In this document: one piece after another, positions 55,492 through 64,000 of the stretch
Position numbering within the stretch: position 1 is the stretch's first letter
Layout of the letters: each line of letters begins with the position of its first letter
DNA from: an uncultured Mageeibacillus sp.
GTDB taxonomy: Bacteria > Bacillota > Clostridia > Saccharofermentanales > DTU023
Assembly (NCBI GenBank): GCA_964346695.1
Contig: CAYFVK010000002.1
Span: 22,321 to 86,320, forward strand
Direction: 5' to 3'
Length of the DNA stretch: 64,000 bases
Notes under the pieces: generated by a model
The model's database searches: none
The model's input: the letters and a program-made list of their open reading frames with translations, nothing else
What the model was told of the DNA's origin: nothing
Translations under genes and position numbers: made by a program

Positions 55492-57489
55492 GTGAAACAG
55501 GAAACATATTATATTACGACACCGATCTATTATCCGAGCGGTCGTTTGACCATCGGAAATTCCTATACAACGGTAGCGGCGGATGCTTTAGCGAGATATC
55601 ATCGACTGCAGGGTAAAAAAGTCAAGTTTCTTACAGGTACTGATGAGCATGGACAAAAGCTGCAATTAGCGGCGCAGGAAGCCGGACTGAAACCGCAGCA
55701 ATACGTTGATCATATGGCCGGGGAAATTAAAGATTTATGGCGGCTTTTAAATATCTCCTATGATCAGTTTATCAGGACAACGGATCCGAATCATATGGCA
55801 GCGGTACAAAAGATTTTTCAAAAGCTCTATGATCAAGGCGATATCTATCTTGGCGAATATGAAGGAAACTACTGTACGCCCTGTGAAGCGTTCTGGACGG
55901 ACTCGCAATTGGTAGACGGCAAATGCCCCGATTGTAACCGTGAAGTCCATAAAATGAAAGAGGAATCCTATTTCTTCCGGATGTCCAAATATCAGGATAT
56001 ATTGCTCGATTATATTGAAACTCATCCTGATTTCATACAGCCTGCCAGCCGAACCAAAGAAATGATCAATAATTTTTTGAAGCCGGGTCTTGATGATTTA
56101 GCGGTTTCCCGTACGTCCTTCGATTGGGGCATTCCGGTTCCTTTCGATCAAAAGCATGTCATCTATGTTTGGTTTGACGCGGTCTGCAACTACCTGACCG
56201 CCTTGGGTTATCCGGAGAACACGGAAGAAGTTCAGCAATTCTGGCCGGCAGATGTGCACTTGGTCGGAAAAGATATTGTCCGTTTTCACACCATTATCTG
56301 GCCGATTATTCTTTTAGCCCTGGATCTTCCTTTGCCGAAGCAGGTATTCGGGCATGGCTGGCTCTTGATGAAGGGCGGCAAATTATCAAAATCGAAACTC
56401 AGCAACAGCGAAGAGAAATATATTGTTGATCCTGTGGTATTAAGTGAACTGTACGGCGTAGACGCGATCCGTTATTTCCTGCTGCGCGAAATTACTTTCG
56501 GTCAGGACGGCGTTTTCTCCAATGAAGCGATGCAAAGCAGGATTAATTCCGATTTAGCCAATGATCTGGGCAATTTGCTGTCCAGAACCGTCAGCATGAT
56601 CGCCAAGTATTTCCCGGAAGGATTACCGGAGTCAAGAGTACGCGAGCCGCTCGACACGGAAATTAATGATTTCACTCTTCAAGTTGTGACAACGGTGGAA
56701 GAAAAGTTCAGCAAGCTCTATCTTTCAGATGCCCTGACTGCGATTTGGGAGCTTGTCGGCAGATTAAATAAATATATTGATCAGACAATGCCGTGGGCTT
56801 TGGCGAAAGATCCGGAAAAACAGGTCCGCTTGGCTGAGGTGCTCTATGTTCTGGCTGATACGTTAGAGAGAATCGCGGTCATGATTGCCCCGTTTATGCC
56901 CTCGACAGCGGACAGAATGTTAGAGAGTTTAGGGCTTGATTTTATTTATCAGAATAATAACTCTCTACACTGGGATATGACGAAAAATTCAAACCGTTAT
57001 CCGGTTCGGACAAAAGTCAAAAAGATTCCGGCACTTTTCCCCCGTATCGATGAAAAGGAAAGCCTGGAAAAATTCAGAAAATTAAGCGAAGAGATGGATC
57101 GAAAATTGTATGGCGTTGACGCGGGCAAGAATCGGGATACCGATGCCGGAGTTTCGCTAAAAAAAGATATTGAATTCGCCGGTTTTGAAGCGATAGACTT
57201 ACGCGTCGGACGAATTTCGGATTGCCGAAAAGTCGAGAAGGCAGATAAATTATTGCAATTCAGAATTGATCTTGGGAAAGAGCAAAGAACCATTATTTCA
57301 GGGGTGGCAAAATATTATGAGCCTTCTGAATTGATCGGCAAAAATGTCGCTCTGATAGCTAATTTGGCGCCTCGCAAAATTTTCGGGATTGAGTCACATG
57401 GCATGTTGCTGTCAGCTTTGAATTCAGATCAGTCCTTAAAATTGCTGCTTTTGGATGACGCAATAGAAGCAGGTGCGGAAATTGGCTGA
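55492..57489 (+). CDS. metG: Methionyl-tRNA synthetase with C-terminal tRNA-binding (EMAP/Trbp111-like) domain
   Basis: YYITTPIYYPSGRLTIGN (HIGH-type), the Zn knuckle CTPCEAFW...CPDCN, KLSKSKLSN (KMSKS) and the C-terminal DLRVGRI...ISGVAKYY. I prefer GTG 55492 after a GGAGG RBS to the ORF-track TTG 55462. Confidence 0.9.
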   Translation: MKQETYYITTPIYYPSGRLTIGNSYTTVAADALARYHRLQGKKVKFLTGTDEHGQKLQLAAQEAGLKPQQYVDHMAGEIKDLWRLLNISYDQFIRTTDPNHMAAVQKIFQKLYDQGDIYLGEYEGNYCTPCEAFWTDSQLVDGKCPDCNREVHKMKEESYFFRMSKYQDILLDYIETHPDFIQPASRTKEMINNFLKPGLDDLAVSRTSFDWGIPVPFDQKHVIYVWFDAVCNYLTALGYPENTEEVQQFWPADVHLVGKDIVRFHTIIWPIILLALDLPLPKQVFGHGWLLMKGGKLSKSKLSNSEEKYIVDPVVLSELYGVDAIRYFLLREITFGQDGVFSNEAMQSRINSDLANDLGNLLSRTVSMIAKYFPEGLPESRVREPLDTEINDFTLQVVTTVEEKFSKLYLSDALTAIWELVGRLNKYIDQTMPWALAKDPEKQVRLAEVLYVLADTLERIAVMIAPFMPSTADRMLESLGLDFIYQNNNSLHWDMTKNSNRYPVRTKVKKIPALFPRIDEKESLEKFRKLSEEMDRKLYGVDAGKNRDTDAGVSLKKDIEFAGFEAIDLRVGRISDCRKVEKADKLLQFRIDLGKEQRTIISGVAKYYEPSELIGKNVALIANLAPRKIFGIESHGMLLSALNSDQSLKLLLLDDAIEAGAEIG

Positions 57490-58306
57490 TTTGATTTGGT
57501 TTGACACGCATTGTCATCTGCAGGACGAAGCCTTTCAGGATGATCGATCCGAGGTCTTTAACAGGGCACGGGCGAATGGTGTTAGCTATATCCTCTTAGC
57601 CGCCTCCAATCTGGAGGATTCGAAAGAGGCTTTAGAGCTGGCTTTGGCGCATGAGAATGTTTATTGCGCCATGGGTTATCATCCTCAGGACGCTTTGGCG
57701 TGGGATGAAAATTCCAAAGAAAATTTGCTGAAACTCTATCGGCAGGCGGAAAAAAGAGCCAAAGAACTTAAGCGGGATAATCCGATCCGGGCAATCGGTG
57801 AAATCGGGCTTGATTATCACTGGGACACCACGCCGCGGGATTTGCAAAAATATATTTATGAGGAGCAGATCCGTTTGGCGGCAGAACTGCATTTGCCGTT
57901 GATTATCCATGAGAGAGATGCCTTTGCCGATAGTTTCGCCATCTTAAAAAACGCTTCCGAGAATCAATTGCTCTTAGAAGAATCCGGTGTTTGCCACTGC
58001 TTTTCCGGAAGTTCGGAAAGTGCCGCGGAAGTTATTAAATTAGGATTTCTGATCGGACTGGACGGCCCGGTAACTTTTAAAAATGCTAAAAAATCAAAAC
58101 AAATTGCGAAAGAAATCGATCTGAGCAAACTTTTACTGGAAACGGATTCGCCATACTTAACTCCGGAACCGCATCGCGGGAAAAGGAATGAAAGTTCTTA
58201 TCTTCCCTATATCGGCAAAGTAATCGCCGAACTGCGCGGGCAGGATCCGGCGGAAATTGCGAAACAAACAACGGAAAACGCAAAGCGTTTGTTTTCTATC
58301 AGGTAG
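57473..58306 (+). CDS. tatD: TatD-family metal-dependent hydrolase/DNase
   Basis: FDTHCHL, GEIGLDYHW, PLIIHERDA, HCFSGS and LLLETDSPYLTP. The start is uncertain (GTG 57473 overlaps the metG end; TTG 57491 is an alternative). Confidence 0.85.
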   Translation: MRKLADLIWFDTHCHLQDEAFQDDRSEVFNRARANGVSYILLAASNLEDSKEALELALAHENVYCAMGYHPQDALAWDENSKENLLKLYRQAEKRAKELKRDNPIRAIGEIGLDYHWDTTPRDLQKYIYEEQIRLAAELHLPLIIHERDAFADSFAILKNASENQLLLEESGVCHCFSGSSESAAEVIKLGFLIGLDGPVTFKNAKKSKQIAKEIDLSKLLLETDSPYLTPEPHRGKRNESSYLPYIGKVIAELRGQDPAEIAKQTTENAKRLFSIR

Positions 58307-58342
58307 AAAAAACGATCGCCTGATGAATAAAGGAGAAATGCG

Positions 58343-58660
58343 ATGAGTGCAGCGGAACGGCAAACGAAAAACAAATCCAATAATAACCGGAAAAGAACCA
58401 AACAATATACAATCGGTAATCAATCGAAAAATAACAGTGCGGATCGGGGACAGAATCAACCGATGCAAAAGGAACTGAATGGCGAGCCGAATAGAAAACA
58501 GCGCAATCGATCCAATCGAAATCGCAAGAAAAAATATAATAAAGTTGAAACGGTTATCAGTTCTCCGAAAACGGCGGCCGAGTTAAAGAAATATAATGAG
58601 CGGCTGGAGAAGGAGATTTTACTGGATATCAATTCCATCTCGCAAATAGAAATAGATTGA
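58343..58660 (+). CDS. Hypothetical highly basic low-complexity protein (105 aa)
   Basis: AAGGAG RBS before the ATG. The N-terminal ~70 aa are rich in K/R/N/Q (NKSNNNRKRTKQ...NRKQRNRSNRNRKKKYNK). The C-terminal ~35 aa are predicted helical (AAELKKYNERLEKEILLDI). Confidence 0.5.
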   Translation: MSAAERQTKNKSNNNRKRTKQYTIGNQSKNNSADRGQNQPMQKELNGEPNRKQRNRSNRNRKKKYNKVETVISSPKTAAELKKYNERLEKEILLDINSISQIEID

Positions 58661-58671
58661 AACGATATGAT

Positions 58672-58702
58672 TTTTCGAGATAGCGGTATCGCTTCTCGAA
58701 AA
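58672..58702. repeat. 13-bp inverted repeat/hairpin between the basic-protein gene and the rpmH promoter
   Basis: TTTTCGAGA(t)AGCG-gtat-CGCTTCTCGAAAA. No U-tail follows on either strand, so it is not a canonical intrinsic terminator. Confidence 0.45.
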
Positions 58703-58721
58703 CACTGATAATAAAGGGTAT

Positions 58722-58750
58722 TTGACTTGCCCTGTTTCAGCTTGTATAAT
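58722..58750 (+). promoter_or_regulatory. Near-consensus sigma-A promoter of rpmH
   Basis: TTGACT, a 17-nt spacer, then TATAAT (58745-58750), about 40 nt upstream of the rpmH start. Confidence 0.65.
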
Positions 58751-58789
58751 CGAAAAGCTGAAAGAATAAGACTTTGGGAGGTGATGAAG

Positions 58790-58927
58790 ATGCCGAAAAG
58801 AACTTATCAGCCCAAAAAGAGACAACGTCAAAAAGTACATGGTTTTCGTAAACGCATGTTAACCGCAGGTGGCCGTCAAGTATTAAAACGCAGACGGGCA
58901 AAAGGCAGAAAAAGACTCTCAGCATAG
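58790..58927 (+). CDS. rpmH: 50S ribosomal protein L34
   Basis: [54 protein letters not shown] lies 8 nt upstream. The longer ORF-track start at 58727 is not supported. Confidence 0.95.
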   Translation: MPKRTYQPKKRQRQKVHGFRKRMLTAGGRQVLKRRRAKGRKRLSA

Positions 58928-59001
58928 GACCTGTCAAATTGGTCTTTCTTCTTTCTCTTATGGATGAAGACAGTCCAATTTTATTTTAACAAGGGAGCAG
59001 C

Positions 59002-59361
59002 ATGGAACGAACAGAAATGTTGTGCAAGAACTATGAGTTCGAAAGGGTCTTTCGCAAAGGTCGGTATTATAATTCGAAACACTTGACACTATATGTACGT
59101 TCGAGACAAGATCATCGTTTAATGCTGGGGATTACCGTTTCAAAGCAAGTAAAAGGCAGTGTCAGACGCAATCAGGTGAAAAGATGGTTGAGGGAAGTTT
59201 ATCGAAGTACGGAACAAGATATATCTTCCGGTTATGATTTAATTCTATTCGGACGTAAAGGTCCCGAGGAAACGAATTATCATGAACTTTTGGCAGCATG
59301 GCAAAAATTGAGCAAAGATGCGCGTATTATTGCGGATAAAGCGGATACTCCTGATGAATAA
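59002..59361 (+). CDS. rnpA: Ribonuclease P protein component
   Basis: [12 protein letters not shown]...[24 protein letters not shown] contains the RNR motif. It holds the conserved position after rpmH. Confidence 0.9.
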   Translation: MERTEMLCKNYEFERVFRKGRYYNSKHLTLYVRSRQDHRLMLGITVSKQVKGSVRRNQVKRWLREVYRSTEQDISSGYDLILFGRKGPEETNYHELLAAWQKLSKDARIIADKADTPDE

Positions 59362-59363
59362 AG

Positions 59364-59606
59364 ATGTTAAGTAAATTAGCGATAAAGCTGATCCGATACT
59401 ATCAGAAGAATATTTCAACGCTATCAGGCCCCAGATGTAAGTATTATCCTACCTGTTCGCAGTATGCGATTGAAGCTATCGAAACATGGGGACTAATCAG
59501 AGGAATATTCTTAGCTGCATGGCGAATCTTAAGATGCAATCCCTTTAGTAAAGGCGGATACGATCCTGTGCCGGAAAGAAAAAGAAAAGAAAAAAGGAGC
59601 ATGTAA
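59364..59606 (+). CDS. yidD: Membrane protein insertion efficiency factor YidD
   Basis: [10 protein letters not shown]...[20 protein letters not shown]...[17 protein letters not shown]. Confidence 0.9.
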   Translation: MLSKLAIKLIRYYQKNISTLSGPRCKYYPTCSQYAIEAIETWGLIRGIFLAAWRILRCNPFSKGGYDPVPERKRKEKRSM

Positions 59607-60590
59607 ATGCCTACATTACCAGTAATCATGGGGTTGATGGATCCATTGTATAACCTCTTTGGCTGGATTTTACGCAATATGTATATCTGGCTCGAAAACT
59701 ATGGTCTGGTTATTATCGTTTTTACGGTTTTACTGAATGTTCTGTTATTACCTTTTGGCATTAAATCGCAAAAGGGTATGTTAAAGCAGCAGGGCCTGCA
59801 GGATGAAATCAATGAGATCAAAAGATTATACCCTGATGATCCGCAGCAACAGCAGCAATTACAACAGGAATTATTTAAAAAGAACGGGATTTCTCTGACT
59901 TCAGGTTGTTTGCCTTCGCTATTAAGATTGATTTTGATTATTCCGGTATTCCGAATTTTCCAACAGCCGCTGCAATATATCGGCGGTGTTTCCGCGGAAA
60001 ATATCGCCAATATCAAAACTTATTTGGTGGATAACGGTTTAATAGCCGAAGCGGCGCAAAAACAACTGCTCAGGATGGATATTCCTGTGATTTCTGCATT
60101 GCGGGAGAATGCCAGTGCACTCGGCTCAGTCGTTGAAAAAGGCTGGTTGAAATTAAATCAGTTAATCGATTTGGACTTTCTGGGAATTAATCTGGGCAGA
60201 ATACCATCCTGGAAACCGGCGGACATTTTCGGAGAACAATCGAACATCTATTTGCCGCTTCTGATTTTACCGATATTAACGCTCATTTCGATGATTATTC
60301 AAATGCGTTTAATGAACAAAATTTCGCAAACGAAAAAATTCGATAAAGAAGAAGATGACAGAGCAAAAAGAAATCCTGCGAAAAAAGATCAGACAGTGAA
60401 AAATCAGGCTGCCGGAACCATGAGAACGATGAACATTTTTATGATCGTTTTGATGGTTTGGACCGTTTTCGCTTTACCGTCCGCAATGGGTATTTACTGG
60501 GTGGTCAACACGGTAATGGGTATACTTCAGTCCTTGTTTATATACAAATTCTACACCAAACCATTCCGTGAAGCTTTGGAAGCAAAATAG
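59607..60590 (+). CDS. yidC: YidC/Oxa1-family membrane protein insertase
   Basis: GLVIIVFTVLLNVLLLPF, QQELFKKNGISLTSGCLP and LPSAMGIYWVVNTVMGILQ. The ATG overlaps the yidD stop. Confidence 0.9.
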   Translation: MPTLPVIMGLMDPLYNLFGWILRNMYIWLENYGLVIIVFTVLLNVLLLPFGIKSQKGMLKQQGLQDEINEIKRLYPDDPQQQQQLQQELFKKNGISLTSGCLPSLLRLILIIPVFRIFQQPLQYIGGVSAENIANIKTYLVDNGLIAEAAQKQLLRMDIPVISALRENASALGSVVEKGWLKLNQLIDLDFLGINLGRIPSWKPADIFGEQSNIYLPLLILPILTLISMIIQMRLMNKISQTKKFDKEEDDRAKRNPAKKDQTVKNQAAGTMRTMNIFMIVLMVWTVFALPSAMGIYWVVNTVMGILQSLFIYKFYTKPFREALEAK

Positions 60591-60619
60591 GCCAGTTACA
60601 ATTAAAGGAGAAATATAAA

Positions 60620-61348
60620 ATGACACAAACCTTGGAAGTTTCGGCGCGAACAGTTGAAGATGCCATAGAAAAAGGTTTACAAGAGCTGCAGTTAGAAAAA
60701 GAGGATGTTGAAATCGAAATCGTTGATCAGGGAGACAGCGGCGGTTTATTCGGATTCGGCAGAAAGGATGCGATTGTCCGCTTAACCTATACGGTTCAGG
60801 AAGCCTCTGAAACGGCTGAGGAGCCTGAGACTGCTCCGACTGAATCGGCTGACAGCAAAGAAGAACCTGAAATTATCAATACGGAAGAACAAGAAGAAAT
60901 TGAACAGCAAGCGGTAAAATTTGTCGCGAGCGTGATGCAAAGTTTGGATATTCATGGCAAAATGTCCTCTTATTTTGATGAAGAGGGCACGTTACATTTA
61001 AATATTATCGGCGATAATCTGGGTGCTGCCATCGGCAGAAGAGGCGAAACCTTAGACGCATTGGAATATCTGACAATTTTAGCCATCAATAAATATCGTG
61101 AAAGCTATACCAGAGTTTTTCTGGATATTGGCGGTTATCGTGAGAGAAGAATCAAATCAGTAGCGCAAAATGCCAGAAAATCAGCGGAAAGAGTAATCAA
61201 GACGGGTAAAAAATATACCCTGAAGCCGATGTCGTCCGCTGAACGTCGTCAGGTGCATCTCGCTCTGCAGGATTATCAAGGCGTTAGAACATATAGCGAG
61301 GGAAGAGAACCGGATCGCTGTGTTGTGATTTTCCCCGAAAATTCATAA
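60620..61348 (+). CDS. jag: Jag/KhpB RNA-binding protein (Jag_N, KH, R3H)
   Basis: The N-terminus reads TVEDAIEKGLQELQLEKEDVEIEIV. The KH-like segment reads GAAIGRRGETLDALEYL. The R3H segment reads LKPMSSAERRQVHLAL. Confidence 0.85.
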   Translation: MTQTLEVSARTVEDAIEKGLQELQLEKEDVEIEIVDQGDSGGLFGFGRKDAIVRLTYTVQEASETAEEPETAPTESADSKEEPEIINTEEQEEIEQQAVKFVASVMQSLDIHGKMSSYFDEEGTLHLNIIGDNLGAAIGRRGETLDALEYLTILAINKYRESYTRVFLDIGGYRERRIKSVAQNARKSAERVIKTGKKYTLKPMSSAERRQVHLALQDYQGVRTYSEGREPDRCVVIFPENS

Positions 61349-61350
61349 AT

Positions 61351-62817
61351 ATGACTCGGTTGACAGAAAACAACTTATCGACAGCGGCTACTATAGCCGC
61401 TGTTTCTACACCGGCGGGTATTTCCGGCATTGCCGTGATTCGTGTCAGCGGATCACGGGCGGGTTTTATCTGCGATCAATTATTCAGACCTCTAAATCAG
61501 CATTTTCAAAAGCCGAGCCGGATGAAGCCCTATACTGTGGGAGTCGGCTATTGGTATAGTTTTGATCCGCTTTCTCCGAAGCAGGAACAGCAACCGGATT
61601 TTGAACATCGGGAAATGCTGGATAAGGTTGTTTTGACCTTTTATAAAGCACCGCATTCTTATACCGGCGAAGATGTTTACGAGATTTCTTGTCATGGCGG
61701 CCCTTATATCAAGCAAAGCATACTGCAGAGCCTGTTTGACGCAGGCGCAGTTGCCGCGGGTCCGGGTGAATTTTCACGCAGGGCATTTATCAACGGGAAG
61801 CTCGATCTGGCTGAAGCGGAAGCGGTCATGGATATGATTGCCGCAGAGTCCAATCGTCAGAATCAGGTGGCTCTGCGTCAGCTGCGCGGTCAATTATCGA
61901 AACAAATCAGCGAATTGCGCGGTGATCTGTATCAGGTGCTCGCTCAAATTGAAATGATTATCGAGTTCCCGGAACATGAAGACACCGAAGCGAAGAGAAC
62001 AGGGCTGATCAAACAGGTTCAATCTATTGTCCGTATATTGGAAGCGGCGATTGCCGGTTTTGAGCAGGGCAAAATTATCCGCGAAGGTTTTCATGTTGTG
62101 ATCGCAGGCAGACCGAATGTCGGCAAATCCTCTTTGCTGAATGCCTTGTTGGGCGAGGAAAAAGCGATTGTCACGGAAATTCCCGGTACTACACGCGACA
62201 TGATTGAAGCCCACCTGATCATTCACGGTTTATCCGTGCATTTGACGGATACGGCAGGTCTGCGTGTAACTTCGGATATTGTGGAAAAAGAAGGGATAGA
62301 TCGTGCCCGTCAAGCGATTGACCGCTCCGATCTGATTCTCTATATGTTTTCACCGGATAGTCCCGCTAACTGGCAGGAGGATCTGCGGGAAATTGAACTC
62401 TTAAATAATAAGGGAAAGCAGGTAGCCGTTATCTCCGGCAAACAAGATCTGCCTAACGCGGAACAGTTGAATGAATTTTTAGCCGAAAACTTGCCGGAAA
62501 TGTCAAGAATTGAATTTTCTAAATTTCAGTCGCAGAATGCGGCAGGCGTTAAAGATTATATCTTGAAAGTATTTGAAAGTCTTGGCAGCTCGGAAAGTGA
62601 CGCTATCTTAATCACGCATTTACGGCATCGTCAGATTTTAGAAAAAACCTGTCAATATTGCCGTGAAGCATTACAAGCCATTGACGACCGGATACCTTTG
62701 GATCTGGTTTCCGGGTTATTGTTGGCGGCTGCGGAGGCACTCGCTGAAATTACGGGGGATCAAGTTTCGGAAGAATTAATCGAAACGATCTTCTCACAAT
62801 TTTGCGTCGGAAAATAA
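61351..62817 (+). CDS. mnmE: tRNA modification GTPase MnmE
   Basis: G1 is GRPNVGKSSLLNAL, followed by TEIPGTTRD and the G3 motif DTAG. The C-terminus ends with CVGK. Confidence 0.95.
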   Translation: MTRLTENNLSTAATIAAVSTPAGISGIAVIRVSGSRAGFICDQLFRPLNQHFQKPSRMKPYTVGVGYWYSFDPLSPKQEQQPDFEHREMLDKVVLTFYKAPHSYTGEDVYEISCHGGPYIKQSILQSLFDAGAVAAGPGEFSRRAFINGKLDLAEAEAVMDMIAAESNRQNQVALRQLRGQLSKQISELRGDLYQVLAQIEMIIEFPEHEDTEAKRTGLIKQVQSIVRILEAAIAGFEQGKIIREGFHVVIAGRPNVGKSSLLNALLGEEKAIVTEIPGTTRDMIEAHLIIHGLSVHLTDTAGLRVTSDIVEKEGIDRARQAIDRSDLILYMFSPDSPANWQEDLREIELLNNKGKQVAVISGKQDLPNAEQLNEFLAENLPEMSRIEFSKFQSQNAAGVKDYILKVFESLGSSESDAILITHLRHRQILEKTCQYCREALQAIDDRIPLDLVSGLLLAAAEALAEITGDQVSEELIETIFSQFCVGK

Positions 62818-62862
62818 TGACAAAAATTTTCTATTAACACGAAGAACATTTATAATTTTACT

Positions 62863-64000
62863 ATGAATATTAACGAGCAAAAAATCAACTATGCGGCGGA
62901 ATATGACGTGATCGTGATCGGCGCCGGCCATGCCGGGACCGAAGCGGCTTTTGCCGCGGCGCGGCTGGGTCATAAAACCGCTCTTTTCACCATAACCTTA
63001 GAGAGTATTGTCAATTTGCCCTGCAATCCGAATATCGGAGGTACGGCAAAAGGGCAGCTGGTCAGGGAAATTGATGCCTTGGGCGGTGAAATGGGAAAAG
63101 CGGCGGATCAGCAGACCATTCAGTTTCGCATGCTCAATTCATCCAAAGGTCCGGCGGTAATTTCGCCTAGAGCGCAAATCGACCGCAAAGCCTATCAGGC
63201 GGAGATGAAACAGCGCCTCGAACAGCAGGAAAATCTATTTTTAATTCAATCAGAAATAATCGATTTGCTTGTCGAAACGCCGGCATCCTCGAAACCTGCC
63301 GTCGTCGGCGTCGTCGCCAAAGACGGCATGATTTATCGGGCACAAAAAGTTATTCTGGCGACCGGTACCTTCTTGGAGAGTAAAGTGATTATCGGAGATG
63401 CGGTGATGGACAGCGGACCTGACGGTTTTGCTCCCTCAAAGGGCTTGTCCGCCGCCTTGAAAAATCTGGGCATTCCGCTCAAACGTTTCAAGACGGGAAC
63501 CCCGGTACGAATCAATGGCCGCTCACTTGATTTTTCAAAATGCGAAATTCAAAACTCGGATGAGATCGCCGTTCCTTTCAGCTTTGAAAATGATGAAGAC
63601 ATCACCTGGCAGATCAAAGCGAAATTGCCCTGCTATATGACATGGACTAGCGAAGCCACCAAAAAACTGATTTTGGATAATATTGATCGTTCCCCGCTTT
63701 ACAGCGGCGTGATCAAAGGCATCGGGCCAAGATATTGTCCCTCAATCGAAGACAAATATGTCAAATTTCCTACGCATGAGAGCCATCATGTTTTTCTGGA
63801 ACCGACCGGTCTCAATACCGGTGAGTATTATGCCAGCGGCTTATCCAGTTCTATGCCGCAGGACGTGCAGAGAGCGATGCTGAAAACCATTCCCGGTTTG
63901 GAAAATGCTGAAATAATGCGTATCGGTTATGCCATAGAATACGATCTGATTGATCCGACGACATTGAAGTTATCCCTGGAATCACGCCTTGTCGACAATC
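62863..64000 (+). CDS. mnmG: tRNA uridine 5-carboxymethylaminomethyl modification enzyme MnmG (GidA), 5' part; runs off the window
   Basis: ATG 62863 gives MNINEQKINYAAEYDVIVIGAGHAGTEAAFAAARLG...NPNIGGTAKGQLVREIDALGG..., the canonical GidA N-terminus. There is no stop before the window end, which is why it is absent from the ORF track. Confidence 0.95.
   Translation, partial: MNINEQKINYAAEYDVIVIGAGHAGTEAAFAAARLGHKTALFTITLESIVNLPCNPNIGGTAKGQLVREIDALGGEMGKAADQQTIQFRMLNSSKGPAVISPRAQIDRKAYQAEMKQRLEQQENLFLIQSEIIDLLVETPASSKPAVVGVVAKDGMIYRAQKVILATGTFLESKVIIGDAVMDSGPDGFAPSKGLSAALKNLGIPLKRFKTGTPVRINGRSLDFSKCEIQNSDEIAVPFSFENDEDITWQIKAKLPCYMTWTSEATKKLILDNIDRSPLYSGVIKGIGPRYCPSIEDKYVKFPTHESHHVFLEPTGLNTGEYYASGLSSSMPQDVQRAMLKTIPGLENAEIMRIGYAIEYDLIDPTTLKLSLESRLVDN

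Noticed and set aside
59830-59870. CAG/CAA repeat (QQQQQLQQ) in yidC as a possible slippage or phase-variation tract
   Set aside because: It is an imperfect short codon repeat inside a cytoplasmic loop of an essential gene. It is ordinary low complexity, not a perfect nucleotide repeat.

Overview
This is a 64-kb chromosomal window from a moderately low-GC Firmicute. It looks Clostridia-like, an inference from sigH, mini-RNase III, the rpmH-rnpA-yidD-yidC-jag-mnmE-mnmG block and frequent TTG/GTG starts. Most of it is core housekeeping. That includes the serS 3' end, a two-component system, a P-type ATPase coupled to an ABC pair, trkAH, ispE, glycerate kinase, a liv-type branched-chain amino-acid ABC operon and cca. 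It also includes tcdA, a YhaM-like nuclease, hppA, upp, cysS-mrnC-rlmB-sigH, tig-clpP-clpX, folB/folK, metG, tatD and the rpmH-to-mnmG block. There are two single tRNA-Arg genes (CCT and ACG). No CRISPR array, rRNA, transposase or integrase is visible.

The accessory or unusual content is:
- A WYL-family regulator followed by a stand-alone HIRAN protein and an uncharacterised small protein (29.7-31.7 kb).
- A compact five-gene Tad/Flp-like pilus locus that ends in an FHA-domain gene, begins with a gene lacking a P-loop, and lies divergent from comFC (34.2-39.2 kb).
- A tight array of DnaA-box-like 9-mers in an AT-rich gap upstream of upp (33.3 kb), while rpmH has no adjacent dnaA.
- A decayed AT-rich islet (Abi pseudogene plus an HTH remnant) at the 3' side of tRNA-Arg(CCT).
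- A multiply disrupted LRR surface-protein pseudogene.
- An ArsR/P1B-ATPase metal cassette in which an in-frame TGA separates the HMA domain from the pump.
- A degenerate kinase-like protein, an His/Asp-rich tail on trigger factor, and a very basic small protein upstream of rpmH.

All calls come from reading the translations and sequence by eye. No database search was run.
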